A DNA stretch of 63,781 bases, filler included, from Stramenopiles sp. TOSAG23-6 (Eukaryota), in assembly GCA_900128565.1 (NCBI GenBank). It is 9 parts of 9 records of this genome, joined end to end, with 100 filler letters (N's around TTAATTAATTAA, not from the genome) between each part and the next. Parts side by side here need not be neighbours in the genome. Positions count along the whole stretch, not along the records: positions 7,159 to 14,204 come from LT636618.1; positions 14,305 to 21,307 come from LT636619.1; positions 21,408 to 28,403 come from LT636620.1; 6 more parts are not named here. One strand, given 5' to 3'. Numbering within the stretch: the first letter of the stretch is position 1; each line of letters opens with the position of its first letter. Below are positions 10,519 to 24,600 of this stretch, in pieces. The notes beneath the pieces are model-generated. The model saw only the letters and a list, made by a program, of their open reading frames with translations. It was not told the DNA's origin and searched no databases. Both the position numbers and the translations under genes were made by a program.

Positions 10519-12837
10519 ATGTACTTTAATATGCTGAAGCAAATTGCAGTATACTTTAATGTTTTACATGTTATGATCAGAGTAAATTCATTGAAGAGTA
10601 ATGTATCAGGAGATATTCCAGATACTTTATTACTCGAACAAGAAGCTGCGTTGCAGTTTCATAGATGGTGGGACAGTCCGTCCAAAAAATCACAAACAGA
10701 ATCACTAGGACTTAGTCTGCCCTCACTAGAAATGAATCCCATTTTTGCACCTCATTTATTGAATGAAAATCTTGAGTTATCTCCACATAAGAAGGATAAG
10801 AAGAGTGAAATTGGAAAGTCATCCTTTTTAGAATTTAGGGAAAACTTGCTCAAATTTAAACACGAATATAACGGGGATCCTCCCGTGCCAAGAAATCGAG
10901 AAAGTTATCTAAATTTACCTCATTTCACTTTACCACCCCCTTATTTTTTATCTTTTCTTGAAACAAATACAAATTTGGTCAAACAAGGTAACAAACCTTC
11001 TTGGTGGAACGACGTACGTTTTCAGTATGAATTTCAAATTTATTTTTTTTTTCGTACGAAATCTTGTACCTAACAAATTTCGAATTTATTTTTTTTTACA
11101 ATACATGTTCGCCCTCCAATCACTAAAGCAAGCAAACAACAGCGACAAAAGCAACAAAAAATTAAGAATGAGACAATAAATACAAAAACTAATTCTCATT
11201 CACGCGATTTCTTACAGTCAGAATATGTACCGGATGTATTTAAAGAATCTCTTCAACCAACGAGATTTCGTTTTAACGGAAACGAAATGGTTCTTGAAAA
11301 TGTAAATCTATCAAAAATATCCGATCAATACCGATTTCGTGGAGGTAACAGGGTACAATTATCTGATAATGATCCTAAGCCTTACACTCCACTGTGGGCA
11401 AAACGAGGATTGATTAACAGAGAACGACCTCCAAGTATAAATGATGGAACACTTAAACAAAAAACTTGGAAAACATTAGTAGATAATTCCCAAAGAACAA
11501 ATAGGATTGAAAAAAGTAGTAGTCAACACTTTTTACAAGCTCTTCTTCCCGATTCTGTTAGACTTGAAGGTGATCCTTTTGCAGTTGAAGGTGGTGCGCA
11601 GGGATTTCTTGAAACGCAGTCCACTACTGAAGCTCAATCCAAGGTAAGTAATCAACTACATACCAAGGTTAAATCATCGACAAACCTGTTTCTGAGGAGT
11701 AAACAAGCAAGTCAAAATAAACTCAAGGAACGTAATAAAAATATGGGATTTGGTCATGTATTTCACTTTCCAAATCATCGGCGCATGGTCGATGGTACGA
11801 ATCAAGGTAAAATGTTCCAACAACAAATAGGAAATGAAAATAAAAAAGTATCACAACAAATCATGAATGAACATTTGGGTCGAGGACAGATTTTCAATTC
11901 AAATAGCAATCAACGAGCTTTAAGTCGGTATGCATATGATGGAAATATTATTAAAAATCCATCTAAAATGTATGAAAATGCTCAATTTGGTGGCAACCCT
12001 ATTATAAATGGAATGTATGGATTAGATAAAATGCCAGACACTCGATTTGGAACAGATAAATCCAAGGTTACTATAGGCGCTGCTGAAATTATGCCAGAAC
12101 TTGGAATTGTTGGAAACTTAAATTCTGGAGGTGGTCCATTTGCGGGATCAATGTCTCCACCTTCCGCACCCAAATATAACTATTCGGCATTCAGACATGG
12201 CTCTCAGGAGCAACGTCCAGCACCACCGCCACCTGCATCTCCGATACCCGTTGGTCCTCTTGGTGGAGGTCAATTTCCATCAATTTCGAGTAGTTTGAAT
12301 AGTAGTACATCTCATTCTTCAAACGAGACAGGTCTGGTAAATAGCTATCTTCCAGTAACGAGTACTTCAAATATACATTCAGCGAAATCAAGTAAAAACT
12401 CTACTGGTGAAATGAGTATGCTACTTGAGGTCGGCGAAGGAGCTCAAGCTAGTATGAGCACAAAACAAGCTCTGACTAATGCACTTGCAGTGCGTCAAGA
12501 AGCTGAAGAAAAACAATCATTGCAGATTCTACAAGAGAATGCACTTGCTGCGTCATCAAATACAGGCACAAAACATAAAATACAATCAAGGAATAACATA
12601 TCAATGTCTTTTCAATCAAACAGAGAACTACCATCACTTTTCGATAAAAATTTAGTAAAACCAGAGGAAATCGTAGTACACGATTGGGGTGGCTTTAAAT
12701 TGAACAACCATGAACTTCCTTCAGTGCCATCTTTAGAATTAGGAAGGAAGATGCCGAATCATCCTATTCCTCATATGCATAGTTTACCTCCTCCAATGAG
12801 AGGTGCAGGCCCACCATTGCCTCAAGTACCGGTATAA
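10519..12837 (+). CDS. Hypothetical, possibly secreted low-complexity protein; intron 11014-11106
   Basis: Splicing joins ORF 10519 to ORF 11287 in frame; hydrophobic N-terminus; recurring SFLE-like motifs. Confidence 0.7.
11014..11106 (+). mobile_element. Introner intron GT..AT, preceded by AC
   Basis: Phase-0 join GAC|GTT; open frame to 11287. Confidence 0.85.
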
Positions 12838-12959
12838 TATAAAAGATAATTAAATCTTACGGAATAAGCACAAAATAGTAGATTGAAAGATAGTATTTGA
12901 AGTATTTGAATATAAAAAAGGATTTCTTTATATATCTATATTAATAAAACTATATATTT

Positions 12960-14150
12960 TTAAGATGCAACAACATCATCCCACTTTTGTGCTTCATCGC
13001 TTTCACACCATACTTTGAAATCTTTCATGTTTATATCTAAATGTCCTATGTATTTTTGAAAAATATTTAAAAAAAAAAAATGTTAGGTACAAAATTTCGT
13101 ACTTAAAAAAAAGAAAAAAAAATGGAAAAAACTAAAACATACATGTTATGAGGATTTCGAATTACGCGTATTGGAGGATTTAATTGTTCTTGCATAAATT
13201 TTTGTGTAAATGTCGCCAACACTGGCATAGGTGAATGAAACATTTTTGCATGTATCATATAATTTTCATCAATTCGATTATGATAAATGTCCCATTCGAT
13301 ACCATTCAAATCATTGGCTCTTTTTGAACCATACCATGAGGCTGGATGTCTAGCCTGACCAGAATGTTTACCTTTACCAACACGAAAATTCACTTGAAAA
13401 TCTATATTATATCCAGTGTTTAAAATTAATTTTCTAAATTTCAATAAACAATCCGAAATTTTCACTATTGCGACACCTCTGGATAATCCACGTAACTGTA
13501 CAATCACAGATGTTGAGATTTTATTTGAATTATTATTATTATATCCATAATTGCAATATTTACGATATATCAATAAAGGTCGAGGATCCTTCAAAACAGT
13601 CCAATTATATTCTACTGTTGGAAGGACTATCGCATCAATTACACAAGAATAATGTTGTCTTGTTAAAATACCCGAATTATTTAGTTTTTCAATAAATACT
13701 ATAGCAGCATTGATACCTTCTGAGCCTTCTCTTGCCATATTCCATATTACTTTCGTCCTATGAGCTGATAGTTCAGTTGTTTTATTTTCTCCAAATTCAT
13801 TTTTGTTTTTCGCAGTTTCTAATTCCATTTTCGATAAATCAAAGTACCTTGTATATCTTGGAGAGATAACACAATTTATGTTATCATGTATTCGGCTTGC
13901 CGCTTTGATATTTCCTTCTAAAATGTATTTGAATGCAACCATCCAAAAAGAATGATGATCTATTTCTGCACCTCGTGCTTCCATCGCAAGTAAGTATTGT
14001 GAAAAAATATGTCAAAATTGAAATTCATTAGGTACAAAATTTTCTATGAAAAAGAAAAAATTGAAATTAAATTGGATAACTTACAAAAAATCCTCACTTT
14101 CTTGACCAGACCAACACGCTTTCAACATTACACCAATATGTTGACAGTTC
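12960..14150 (-). CDS. PPR-like plus SMR domain protein, 5' partial; introns 13048-13142 and 13992-14084
   Basis: VQLRGLSRGVA, RVGKGKHS and spliced NPHNIGHLDI SMR motifs; MLKAC and HYSCVIDA PPR-like helices. Confidence 0.7.
13048..13142 (-). mobile_element. Introner intron GT..AT, preceded by AT
   Basis: Removal restores SMR C-terminal N-I-G-H-L. Confidence 0.85.
13992..14084 (-). mobile_element. Introner intron GTAAGT..TT, preceded by TT
   Basis: Join TTT TT|A CTT GCG ATG is in frame. Confidence 0.8.
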
Positions 14151-14392
14151 ATATATTGTAAAAAAAATTAAATTCGAAATTTGTTAGGTACAAAATTTCG
14201 TACGNNNNNNNNNNNNNNNNNNNNNNNNNNNNNNNNNNNNNNNNNNNNTTAATTAATTAANNNNNNNNNNNNNNNNNNNNNNNNNNNNNNNNNNNNNNNN
14301 NNNNAATATTTCAAAAAAAAAAACTAAAATTTGTTAGGTACAAAATTTCGTACGAAAAATAAATTGGAATTTGAAAAAAAATTTAAACATAC

Positions 14393-16283
14393 ATGCCTCT
14401 TTCGAAGAGATAATTTGGAATCAAGATTATCCCTCTCCTGGCTCCAGTTAGGAAGGTCAACTAAATTTTCTTTCTGAAGATCTGTTTTTTTACTTTCAAT
14501 CATTTCGATATCTGACATTTTTTTGTTTTTTTCTTCTTCTGTACGAATCGTGATATGAATTTCAGGTTTTCCTGAGATTGATTTGTACGCTGCTACGGCA
14601 GTTTTTTCAGCCCAACTTTTATCATTATTAGTATTGTCAAATTCTTTATTTTTGTGGTTGTGAGGTTTGTTCATTGATGAACTACTTGGACACGAAATAC
14701 GACTACCATGATTATACAATGTAAATCCATGCTCTCGAACATCAACGCCAGATAATTGAACACAATCTGACACTCGCACACCGTATATTGTGAAAAATAT
14801 TTTTTTGTAAAAATATCGTTAGGTACAAAATTTCGTACTAAAAAATTAAATTTGAAATTAATTGTGAAAACGTACGTATACTTTATCCAATCCAAAGAAT
14901 ACAATAAACGCACAAGTTAGGGTCCAAATAGTAATACAAACAATGCCTAATAACTGTATTAAAAATTGATTACCATTTGCCAAAGAGTTCCCTTCCGGTA
15001 AACTAAGTCCAGCAGCTACTTTTTCATCAGTTGCAAAAATTCCAACAGCAAGACATCCCCAAATACCACAAAATCCATGAACTGAAGAAGCATCTAGAGG
15101 ATCATCAATTTCAAATTTTTCCAAAATCCAAGAAAAAAGTAAAAGAATTAAAGAACCAATAACACCAATACATATAGATGCAGCAGGAGATACAATGCCA
15201 CAAGATGCTGTGATAGAGACTGCTCCTGCAAGTATTGCATTAAGTGACATCTGAATATCATATACATTCCAGAAAAATTTAGTGAAAATAAGTGCTGTGA
15301 AGCAAGCACTAGCAGGAGCAAGAGTCGTATTCACAATCGCCAAAGCTGTTGTGTAAGTTCCGTTGCTCGTAACCCCTGGTCCAGAACTAGCATTAAAACT
15401 AAACCATCCAAACCAAGTATTGTGAAAAATATTTTTTTTTTTCCGTAAAAAAATCATTAGGTACAACATTTTCATGGTAAAAAAATAAATTCAAAATGAA
15501 TGATGAAAACGTACATAGAAGACCAGTACCAAGTGCGGTGAATATAATATTCTGAGGTGGTATTTTGCGACCCTTGGTAGCAAAAATAGGATATTTCTCT
15601 CCCCATCGTCCAGCTAGTTTTCGAGGATGCAACCAATTGTCTTCCGGTAAAAGAGGACCTAACAATCTGCTCATATTTCGTTGATTCGAATATTTCGTAC
15701 TAAAACGGCCCACACGAGGACCTACTAGTGTCGCGCCAACAAGACCACATAGACCTCCGACAGCGTGAACAACCCCACTACCGGCAAAGTCAATAAAACC
15801 ATAATGATCAAAACTTCGAGGCCACCTATCAGCATTTGTACCTGAAAATATTCCGTCACTACTCCATACTTGTCGAACTACTAAAGGGTAAACAAAGCCA
15901 GTTATTACTAAAGTATAGAAAAAGTATGCTGATATCTTTGTGCGTTCTGCGACAGCTCCACTGACAATAGTTGCTGACGTTGCTGCAAAAGTGAAAGAGA
16001 AAAACCAATTTGTTAATTCCGAACCTGACTTCAGATTACGCATCAAAAACGCTCCATTATCTGCATTTGCTATTGCAAAGCCTACCGCAAACCATGTAAG
16101 TGCTCCTAAACAAGTATCCGCGTAGTTTTTAAATATAATGTTGATGGCGGCCTTTTTCTGTACAGCTCCAACTTCAAGGACGAGGAAACCAACTTGCATC
16201 AAAAATACGTGCATTCCACATAGTAACAACCATACATTTTCGGAAGAAGCCACAACGTCAGTAAGGCCCTTAGAATTGGACAT
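14393..16283 (-). CDS. AMT: Ammonium transporter (Amt); introns 15415-15514 and 14783-14875; 3' partial
   Basis: FLMQVGF, TIVSGAVAER, DFAGSGVVH, spliced GLLWFGWFSFN, IDDPLDASSVHG. Confidence 0.95.
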
Positions 16284-16576
16284 CTTTCTGGTATATTATA
16301 ACTTCAAAAAATGAATGTGCTGCTTAAAATGTGTGTATCATCCAATCGGAGCATTCGTGTATATGTTTTTTTTAAAGCAATCGTTTGACAACTTGAACTG
16401 TTAAAAAATCCAATCAATCTCGAGAGAGTGTCATCGATACATACGACGAGGAGAGATTTATTTATCCGTTACAAATATTCTAGTACCGGGATCGGATGTG
16501 ATATGAAACGTTTGTAACAACTTGTGATCAAGTAGTCAAAAATGACGTAGTCACAAAAAGATACACAGACCAAAAA

Positions 16577-18776
16577 ATGTCTTATGACCAAGAAGAATAC
16601 GATTATAACAACTATCAATATGATCATAACAGTACATCACAAGAGCAATATGACTATACACAACAGTCCTACTATCAAAATGAATACGACTACAACGAAG
16701 GCTACGACGAACAGAGTGAATACGGAAATTATTACGCAGAAGGAAATTACGAAGAATCACAAGAATACTATTCTCAGGGATATGAAAATTACGAAGAAAA
16801 CACTGAGAATACGATAGATTCTAGTACTGATAACACTACACATGTTGTTGCAGTAGGTAGTCCAGTCAAGGCAATACGCGCAAATAGATTTCGTCTTGCC
16901 TCTGAAACAAGGGGGCGTTTAGAAGAACTTGTAGAGGCTGAGCCTGATAACATTCTCCATCTTGTAAAATTAGCAATAGCTTGTTCTAAATATGGCGATT
17001 CCAAAAATACAGCAAAGCATTTAGAATATGCTTTTTCTTTAGGCCTTACTGAAAGTAAATTAGTTTGCGCTGATATTGACATAAAATTAGCAAAAGTATA
17101 TAAAATATTAGGCGCAGCGCAGTTTCAGCTTTATAAAACAACAGCATATTTGAACCAAGATGTTTTATCTAAATCTTTCGATGCTTATAAATTGGCATTA
17201 AATGATCCAGAATATTCATCTGATCCTCATACGCTGCTTGAAGTATCAAATGTGTATAAATGTTTTGACTCTTATGAGGGAGCTCTTCAATGTCTAGGAG
17301 CAATAGCTAGCTCTACACCAGATTTCAAACACATTGGTACAGTTTTTATTTCAACTGCTGGAATATGGTTGAAAAAACAAAAGTGGAAAGAAACTATGCA
17401 AAGTTTGACAATGGCGAAACAATCAAAACCAAACGGATTTCAAGACTGGCATATGCTATTTCTTTTAGCGAGAGTGAACGAACTAGCAGCGATAAGCAAA
17501 TCTACAGAAAGTAGCTCTGTGGAAAAAAACGGGAAAAGTTCAAAAAATAAAAAAAGTTCCAAAAACAAAAAGCATAAGAAAAAACAAGTCAAAAACAGAT
17601 TCGTTGATCCCTCAAAGGTAAAACTTTATAACGCTGCATTTTTATCATTCAAAAAGGCAAACTCGAAACAGAAAAAAGGATCAGTGCCTATACCAAAAGA
17701 TTTGACTCAATGGCTCCACAATCCTGGCACTTGGACGTCCGTAGCAAAATTATGCGATAAATTTTTCTTTATATTTTGGTCTTTTCATTTATTCTCACAA
17801 GCACTCAATATGGCTGGAAAACAATTTCGAGACTGGTGGCCTCTAGCAAAAGCGTGCTATATTTGCCAACAAAAACAATTTGCCATTCAAGCAGTCCAAA
17901 ATCTGATCACTAGAAAACCAGCTCATTGGTTGCGATGTGTGCTCCATCAATGGAAAGGATTGCCACCTCCCACTCCTCCTTCAAAATCTGTCTCCGAATC
18001 AGAAACTCAAAAAGGGTCATCAAAAAAACTTAATATTAAGGAAAAACAACAAATAGACCGGCAAAAGCAAGCTTTGGAACAAAAAAAACAAAAGGAACAA
18101 GAAGAACAAGCAGCATGCATGTTTTATTTTTTTTCAAATTCGAATTTTTTTTCGTACGAAATTTTTTACCTAACTCTTTTTTTTTTAAATATTTTTCCAA
18201 AATACATTGGCAAAGAAAAAGAAACTTGAAGCCATTGCTGCTGCAACAAAAAAAGCTGCACAGGACGAAGGTGTAACAAAAAACGTTGAGAAATCAAATG
18301 TTAAAATAATGACACCAGAGGAAAAAGACCTTCTAGATCCAAAGTGCCCAGCTGAAACTCAAGTCGAAGAACGCGCTTACTTTCTTAAAAGACGGCGTGA
18401 AATGAGAGCAAAAGAAAAAGCACAATTTTTAGGTGCTCAGAAACTGCAAGCTTTGGTAAGAGGGCGAAAGGGTCGTCGAATAGGTCGTGAAAGATGGAGA
18501 AAACGACGCTGGGAATGTGCTATCATATGTCAAGCACAATATAGAGGAATTCTTGCTCGTAAGCGCGTTAGTAAAATGATAGAAGATTTAGACAATCCTT
18601 ATGCAGAGCTAGAAGATATGGAATCCAAAGTATCACAAAATCACCATACAACTCAATCTTCAAATAATTATCATAATGCCCAATATAATGGACAACACCA
18701 GCAAAATGGATACTGGAATAATGCAGCGACGCAAGCACAAAGCTATCAAATGCCAGCTACTCCACAACATGTGTAG
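16577..18776 (+). CDS. TPR-like plus IQ-motif protein with Tyr/Glu-rich N-terminus; intron 18117-18207; C-terminus cut by inversion junction
   Basis: Helical TPR-like repeats; LQALVRGRKGR and CQAQYRGILAR IQ motifs. Confidence 0.7.
18117..18207 (+). mobile_element. Introner intron GC..AT, preceded by AT
   Basis: Join GCA T|TG GCA links ORFs 16577 and 18207. Confidence 0.85.
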
Positions 18777-19328
18777 TGTTATCAGTACTAGAATCTATCG
18801 TATTCTCAGTGTTTTCTTCGTAATTTTCATATCCCTGAGAATAGTATTCTTGTGATTCTTCGTAATTTCCTTCTGCGTAATAATTTCCGTATTCACTCTG
18901 TTCGTCGTAGCCTTCGTTGTAGTCGTATTCATTTTGATAGTAGGACTGTTGTGTATAGTCATATTGCTCTTGTGATGTACTGTTATGATCATATTGATAG
19001 TTGTTATAATCGTATTCTTCTTGGTCATAAGACATTTTTTGGTCTGTGTATCTTTTTGTGACTACGTCATTTTTGACTACTTGATCACAAGTTGTTACAA
19101 ACGTTTCATATCACATCCGATCCCGGTACTAGAATATTTGTAACGGATAAATAAATCTCTCCTCGTCGTATGTATCGATGACACTCTCTCGAGATTGATT
19201 GGATTTTTTAACAGTTCAAGTTGTCAAACGATTGCTTTAAAAAAAACATATACACGAATGCTCCGATTGGATGATACACACATTTTAAGCAGCACATTCA
19301 TTTTTTGAAGTTATAATATACCAGAAAG

Positions 19329-21219
19329 ATGTCCAATTCTAAGGGCCTTACTGACGTTGTGGCTTCTTCCGAAAATGTATGGTTGTTACTATGTGGAATG
19401 CACGTATTTTTGATGCAAGTTGGTTTCCTCGTCCTTGAAGTTGGAGCTGTACAGAAAAAGGCCGCCATCAACATTATATTTAAAAACTACGCGGATACTT
19501 GTTTAGGAGCACTTACATGGTTTGCGGTAGGCTTTGCAATAGCAAATGCAGATAATGGAGCGTTTTTGATGCGTAATCTGAAGTCAGGTTCGGAATTAAC
19601 AAATTGGTTTTTCTCTTTCACTTTTGCAGCAACGTCAGCAACTATTGTCAGTGGAGCTGTCGCAGAACGCACAAAGATATCAGCATACTTTTTCTATACT
19701 TTAGTAATAACTGGCTTTGTTTACCCTTTAGTAGTTCGACAAGTATGGAGTAGTGACGGAATATTTTCAGGTACAAATGCTGATAGGTGGCCTCGAAGTT
19801 TTGATCATTATGGTTTTATTGACTTTGCCGGTAGTGGGGTTGTTCACGCTGTCGGAGGTCTATGTGGTCTTGTTGGCGCGACACTAGTAGGTCCTCGTGT
19901 GGGCCGTTTTAGTACGAAATATTCGAATCAACGAAATATGAGCAGATTGTTAGGTCCTCTTTTACCGGAAGACAATTGGTTGCATCCTCGAAAACTAGCT
20001 GGACGATGGGGAGAGAAATATCCTATTTTTGCTACCAAGGGTCGCAAAATACCACCTCAGAATATTATATTCACCGCACTTGGTACTGGTCTTCTATGTA
20101 CGTTTTCATCATTCATTTTGAATTTATTTTTTTACCATGAAAATGTTGTACCTAATGATTTTTTTACGGAAAAAAAAAAATATTTTTCACAATACTTGGT
20201 TTGGATGGTTTAGTTTTAATGCTAGTTCTGGACCAGGGGTTACGAGCAACGGAACTTACACAACAGCTTTGGCGATTGTGAATACGACTCTTGCTCCTGC
20301 TAGTGCTTGCTTCACAGCACTTATTTTCACTAAATTTTTCTGGAATGTATATGATATTCAGATGTCACTTAATGCAATACTTGCAGGAGCAGTCTCTATC
20401 ACAGCATCTTGTGGCATTGTATCTCCTGCTGCATCTATATGTATTGGTGTTATTGGTTCTTTAATTCTTTTACTTTTTTCTTGGATTTTGGAAAAATTTG
20501 AAATTGATGATCCTCTAGATGCTTCTTCAGTTCATGGATTTTGTGGTATTTGGGGATGTCTTGCTGTTGGAATTTTTGCAACTGATGAAAAAGTAGCTGC
20601 TGGACTTAGTTTACCGGAAGGGAACTCTTTGGCAAATGGTAATCAATTTTTAATACAGTTATTAGGCATTGTTTGTATTACTATTTGGACCCTAACTTGT
20701 GCGTTTATTGTATTCTTTGGATTGGATAAAGTATACGTACGTTTTCACAATTAATTTCAAATTTAATTTTTTAGTACGAAATTTTGTACCTAACGATATT
20801 TTTACAAAAAAATATTTTTCACAATATACGGTGTGCGAGTGTCAGATTGTGTTCAATTATCTGGCGTTGATGTTCGAGAGCATGGATTTACATTGTATAA
20901 TCATGGTAGTCGTATTTCGTGTCCAAGTAGTTCATCAATGAACAAACCTCACAACCACAAAAATAAAGAATTTGACAATACTAATAATGATAAAAGTTGG
21001 GCTGAAAAAACTGCCGTAGCAGCGTACAAATCAATCTCAGGAAAACCTGAAATTCATATCACGATTCGTACAGAAGAAGAAAAAAACAAAAAAATGTCAG
21101 ATATCGAAATGATTGAAAGTAAAAAAACAGATCTTCAGAAAGAAAATTTAGTTGACCTTCCTAACTGGAGCCAGGAGAGGGATAATCTTGATTCCAAATT
21201 ATCTCTTCGAAAGAGGCAT
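19329..21219 (+). CDS. AMT: Ammonium transporter, mirror copy; introns 20098-20197 and 20737-20829, third intron from 21220
   Basis: Identical reverse complement of 14393-16283. Confidence 0.9.
20098..20197 (+). mobile_element. Introner intron GT..TT, preceded by AT
   Basis: This removal restores the Amt GLLWFGWF motif. Confidence 0.92.
20737..20829 (+). mobile_element. Introner intron GT..AC, preceded by AC
   Basis: Restores DKVY|GVRV (Amt GLRV-like motif). Confidence 0.88.
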
Positions 21220-21618
21220 GTATGTTTAAATTTTTTTTCAAATTCCAATTTATTTTTCGTACGAAATTTTGTACCTAACAAATTTTAGTTTTTTTTTTTG
21301 AAATATTNNNNNNNNNNNNNNNNNNNNNNNNNNNNNNNNNNNNNNNNNNNNTTAATTAATTAANNNNNNNNNNNNNNNNNNNNNNNNNNNNNNNNNNNNN
21401 NNNNNNNAGGCCATGACGTATCCATACCCAATGTTCATACAGTGAAGAAAGATATAATAAAAGTGATTTGGTCTGTTTTATATTTTTCAATAATTCTAAT
21501 TATTAATGACTTGCAAAAGCTTCTTTAACAACTTTTCTTCTTCGAATATCCTTAAGACTTCGTCTCTTTCGTCTCGTCTTCTTCTTTGTACTATCACCGA
21601 TAATAGTACCATCTTCTG

Positions 21619-24600
21619 TCATGACACCACGCATTTTAATAGACTTGGTGGTTTGACATACCCTGGATGTGAGCCTCTAATTTCATAACTCCACATCATT
21701 TCGTTTGTTTCAATAACAAGTTTCCCTACTAAAATCTTGCCATAATCACTTGGAGTAAAGGACACAATGAAATTTGTACCACCAGATCCATATGGCTCAA
21801 GCACACCCTGTAGTGGATACACTTGAAATTCACTTGGTGAATTCGGAGTCATAAATGCTTTAAAGTTTGCTGTTGATTCGTCAATATTTGCAAGATCAAA
21901 CGAAATAGACGATGTTGTATGTAATGATGCTTGAATAGATATTACATCATCAACATCTGGCTCTTGAACATTTAGTATCATCTTATATCTCCATCGCCCA
22001 CCCGATTTTTTTGTAATGACAAATTCTGCAGGTTCATGAAAAGAACGCAATGGTTCAAACTTCATAAGATATTTCAAAGACTCTCCACTTTGAAAGATTT
22101 TATCCTTTAGAGCAGTGATGTGAAGTCCAGCCTTTACAAGAACTCTATTTTCATCACTACATTTCACTTCAAAATCAAATGACTCTGGTTCTGTTATTTC
22201 ATCCAAGCCTGGTAAATTAATAGTAAACTCTTTATTTATAGCATTACGAGCACGACAACGTAGTGTAATCTTTGGAGAGAATGGACAACATTCTGAAATA
22301 CCAATCAGAGGATATATCCATTGAAGTGGTGAACCATCAAAGTTTGTTGGGCCATCAATCACGCTTATTGTGACGGTGGCTCTCAATTCACATATTTTAT
22401 TAGGGGAAAACATATAAGGAATTTGTAAATTACCAAAGGGTGGAATGACACAGCGACTCCTTTTAGCAATTAATTGAAAAGAACCATTTGGTGATGGTTC
22501 AAACATCATATCACTAGCTATTGTTAATTCTTCTGGAAATGGATTTCGAAATACAAAGGAAGTCGATGTTGAATGTTCAGCTATAGCTGTGGTAGTTATT
22601 GGTTCCATCTCCATCGTTGGTGGAAGACCACGTCCACGTACGGTATACACCCATTCACCAACAGTTTTATTTGAAAATGTAACAACTGCATCTTCAATTT
22701 TCTCTGGGTCTAAAGAAGAAGGCGTGTATCGAACCATAACATTTGCAGATCCATATGGTAACAACGTAACAGCTGATGGAACGGTTGAAAAATTTGTCTT
22801 ATTATTTGTCTTTCCTTGTATCGTTAACTCAGCACCAGTTGGGTTTTCTAAATGAACTTGCTGGTCACAGTGTGCACCAACCGCACATTCCATGATTTGT
22901 AAAGGAATAGATTTTGCAGGATCCGCATCAAGTTCTAAGGCATACCAAAACTCACCAAGATCTTCATCAACAAATGTCACTGATCCATGCTGTTGACCAG
23001 CAACTAAGGGTGAGTATATCAACTCATAAGAACCTTCAGAATTTGGAGATAGTTTAAATGAACTATCACCAATTAAACCTTCACCATTTAATACTACTTC
23101 AAACTCTACTTGTTCATCTGTCGGATTTCCAAGTGATATTTCTACTGAAACAGCTTTTCGAACAGTAGCTTTAATATCAACCCTTTGTTCAGGTTCTGGA
23201 AGACTTGCTTGTACTTCAGCAGTGTACCATTGAAAACTACCATCATTGGGGTTTTTAAATGTAAGTGAACCACTGTAGGTACCACTTATTTGTGGATGTA
23301 TTACTAATTCATAATTAGATGATGAATTTGCATTAACTGTAATGGATGAAGGTCCAGATACATGTGATATATCAGATTCGACTGTAAAAGTGACTTTTTC
23401 AGCCGTTCGATTCTGTACAGTAAAAGATTTCTTCAACGTGTCTCTAGCTTGGCAATGTATGATAATATGATCTTCTGAGAGTGGCTCCTCACCAATACCT
23501 TTTAACCGAAATGAGAATTTATCTCCTGTTGGCGGGTTTAGTAATGTCAAGTTAGCATCTTCTTCACAAATCCACGTTGGTGCAAAATGTAATTCATATG
23601 TTGCAGTCGTTTTAGGTAGTACATTTAACGTACCATTGCCTTTAAATGCAGATGACCCTGTAAAAGTAGCTTTAAGAGTCCATTTGGCATCTGTATTATT
23701 TTTTATTGGGATAGATTGAGTTATGACCTTACTTGCAGGAGCAATAAATTCAAGATATTTTTCTACAGCATTTGCAGTGACAGTTACCTTTACTTCATAC
23801 ACTCTAACATCTAAGGGCGAACGTAAAATTATTTTGCAGGGATAAATACCTGGATCTCTAGGACAAAAAACGGTGCTTACTCTAGATACTCCATTTGTTG
23901 GACCGTCAACAGTTGCAAGGGACACTTCTTGTGGTGCAGAAAAAAAGGGTGAATTTATTTCAACATTAAACGGTAAACGAAAATCCCTAATTTGTTTCAA
24001 TCGTCCTCTCATTGCTTTACGAGCTCTTGAAGATAATGCATCTAAATACACATTTTTAGCTTCCTCATACATTCTATTTTCTTGTACAATTTGAATATCT
24101 TTGACCACTTGAGGTTTCATTGGGGTATTAAACTTAATACTATCCAAGCAATTAGGCAAACTAGCTGTACCCAAAATTTCATATACAAATTCACCAATCT
24201 CCTCAGCTAGAAATATAATTTTACATGAATATTCACCAACCATTAAAGGCATAAATGAAACATTTATATCAGAACTTTCGCCTACTTTTAATCGAATATC
24301 TTTTGTATTCAAAACAAAAAAATCCGGATATTTAATTTTCTTCCTTTCTTTTGTTTTTTTGTTTTTTGGACTTTTTGGACTTTTTGGACTTTTAACAGTT
24401 TTGTCGCCAGTGTCAATTCGTTCTTGAATAACTGAAATTTTAAATTTACTCGATTTTGTAAATGGATTTGTCACTGTAACATTAACCTTTTCTACCTCAT
24501 ACGTTGGGCATTTTGCACGAAATGTTAATGTTGGTTTATGACCGGCAGCTCTCGATTCCAAATTAAACACTCTGTATTTTGGAAAAATATTTCAAAATTT

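Larger units (their letters stand above)
14305..21307. repeat. Inverted duplication (arms 14305-16848 and 18764-21307), probable MDA fold-back chimera
   Basis: Mirror ORFs are identical; coordinates sum to 35612; junction truncates a gene. Confidence 0.9.
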
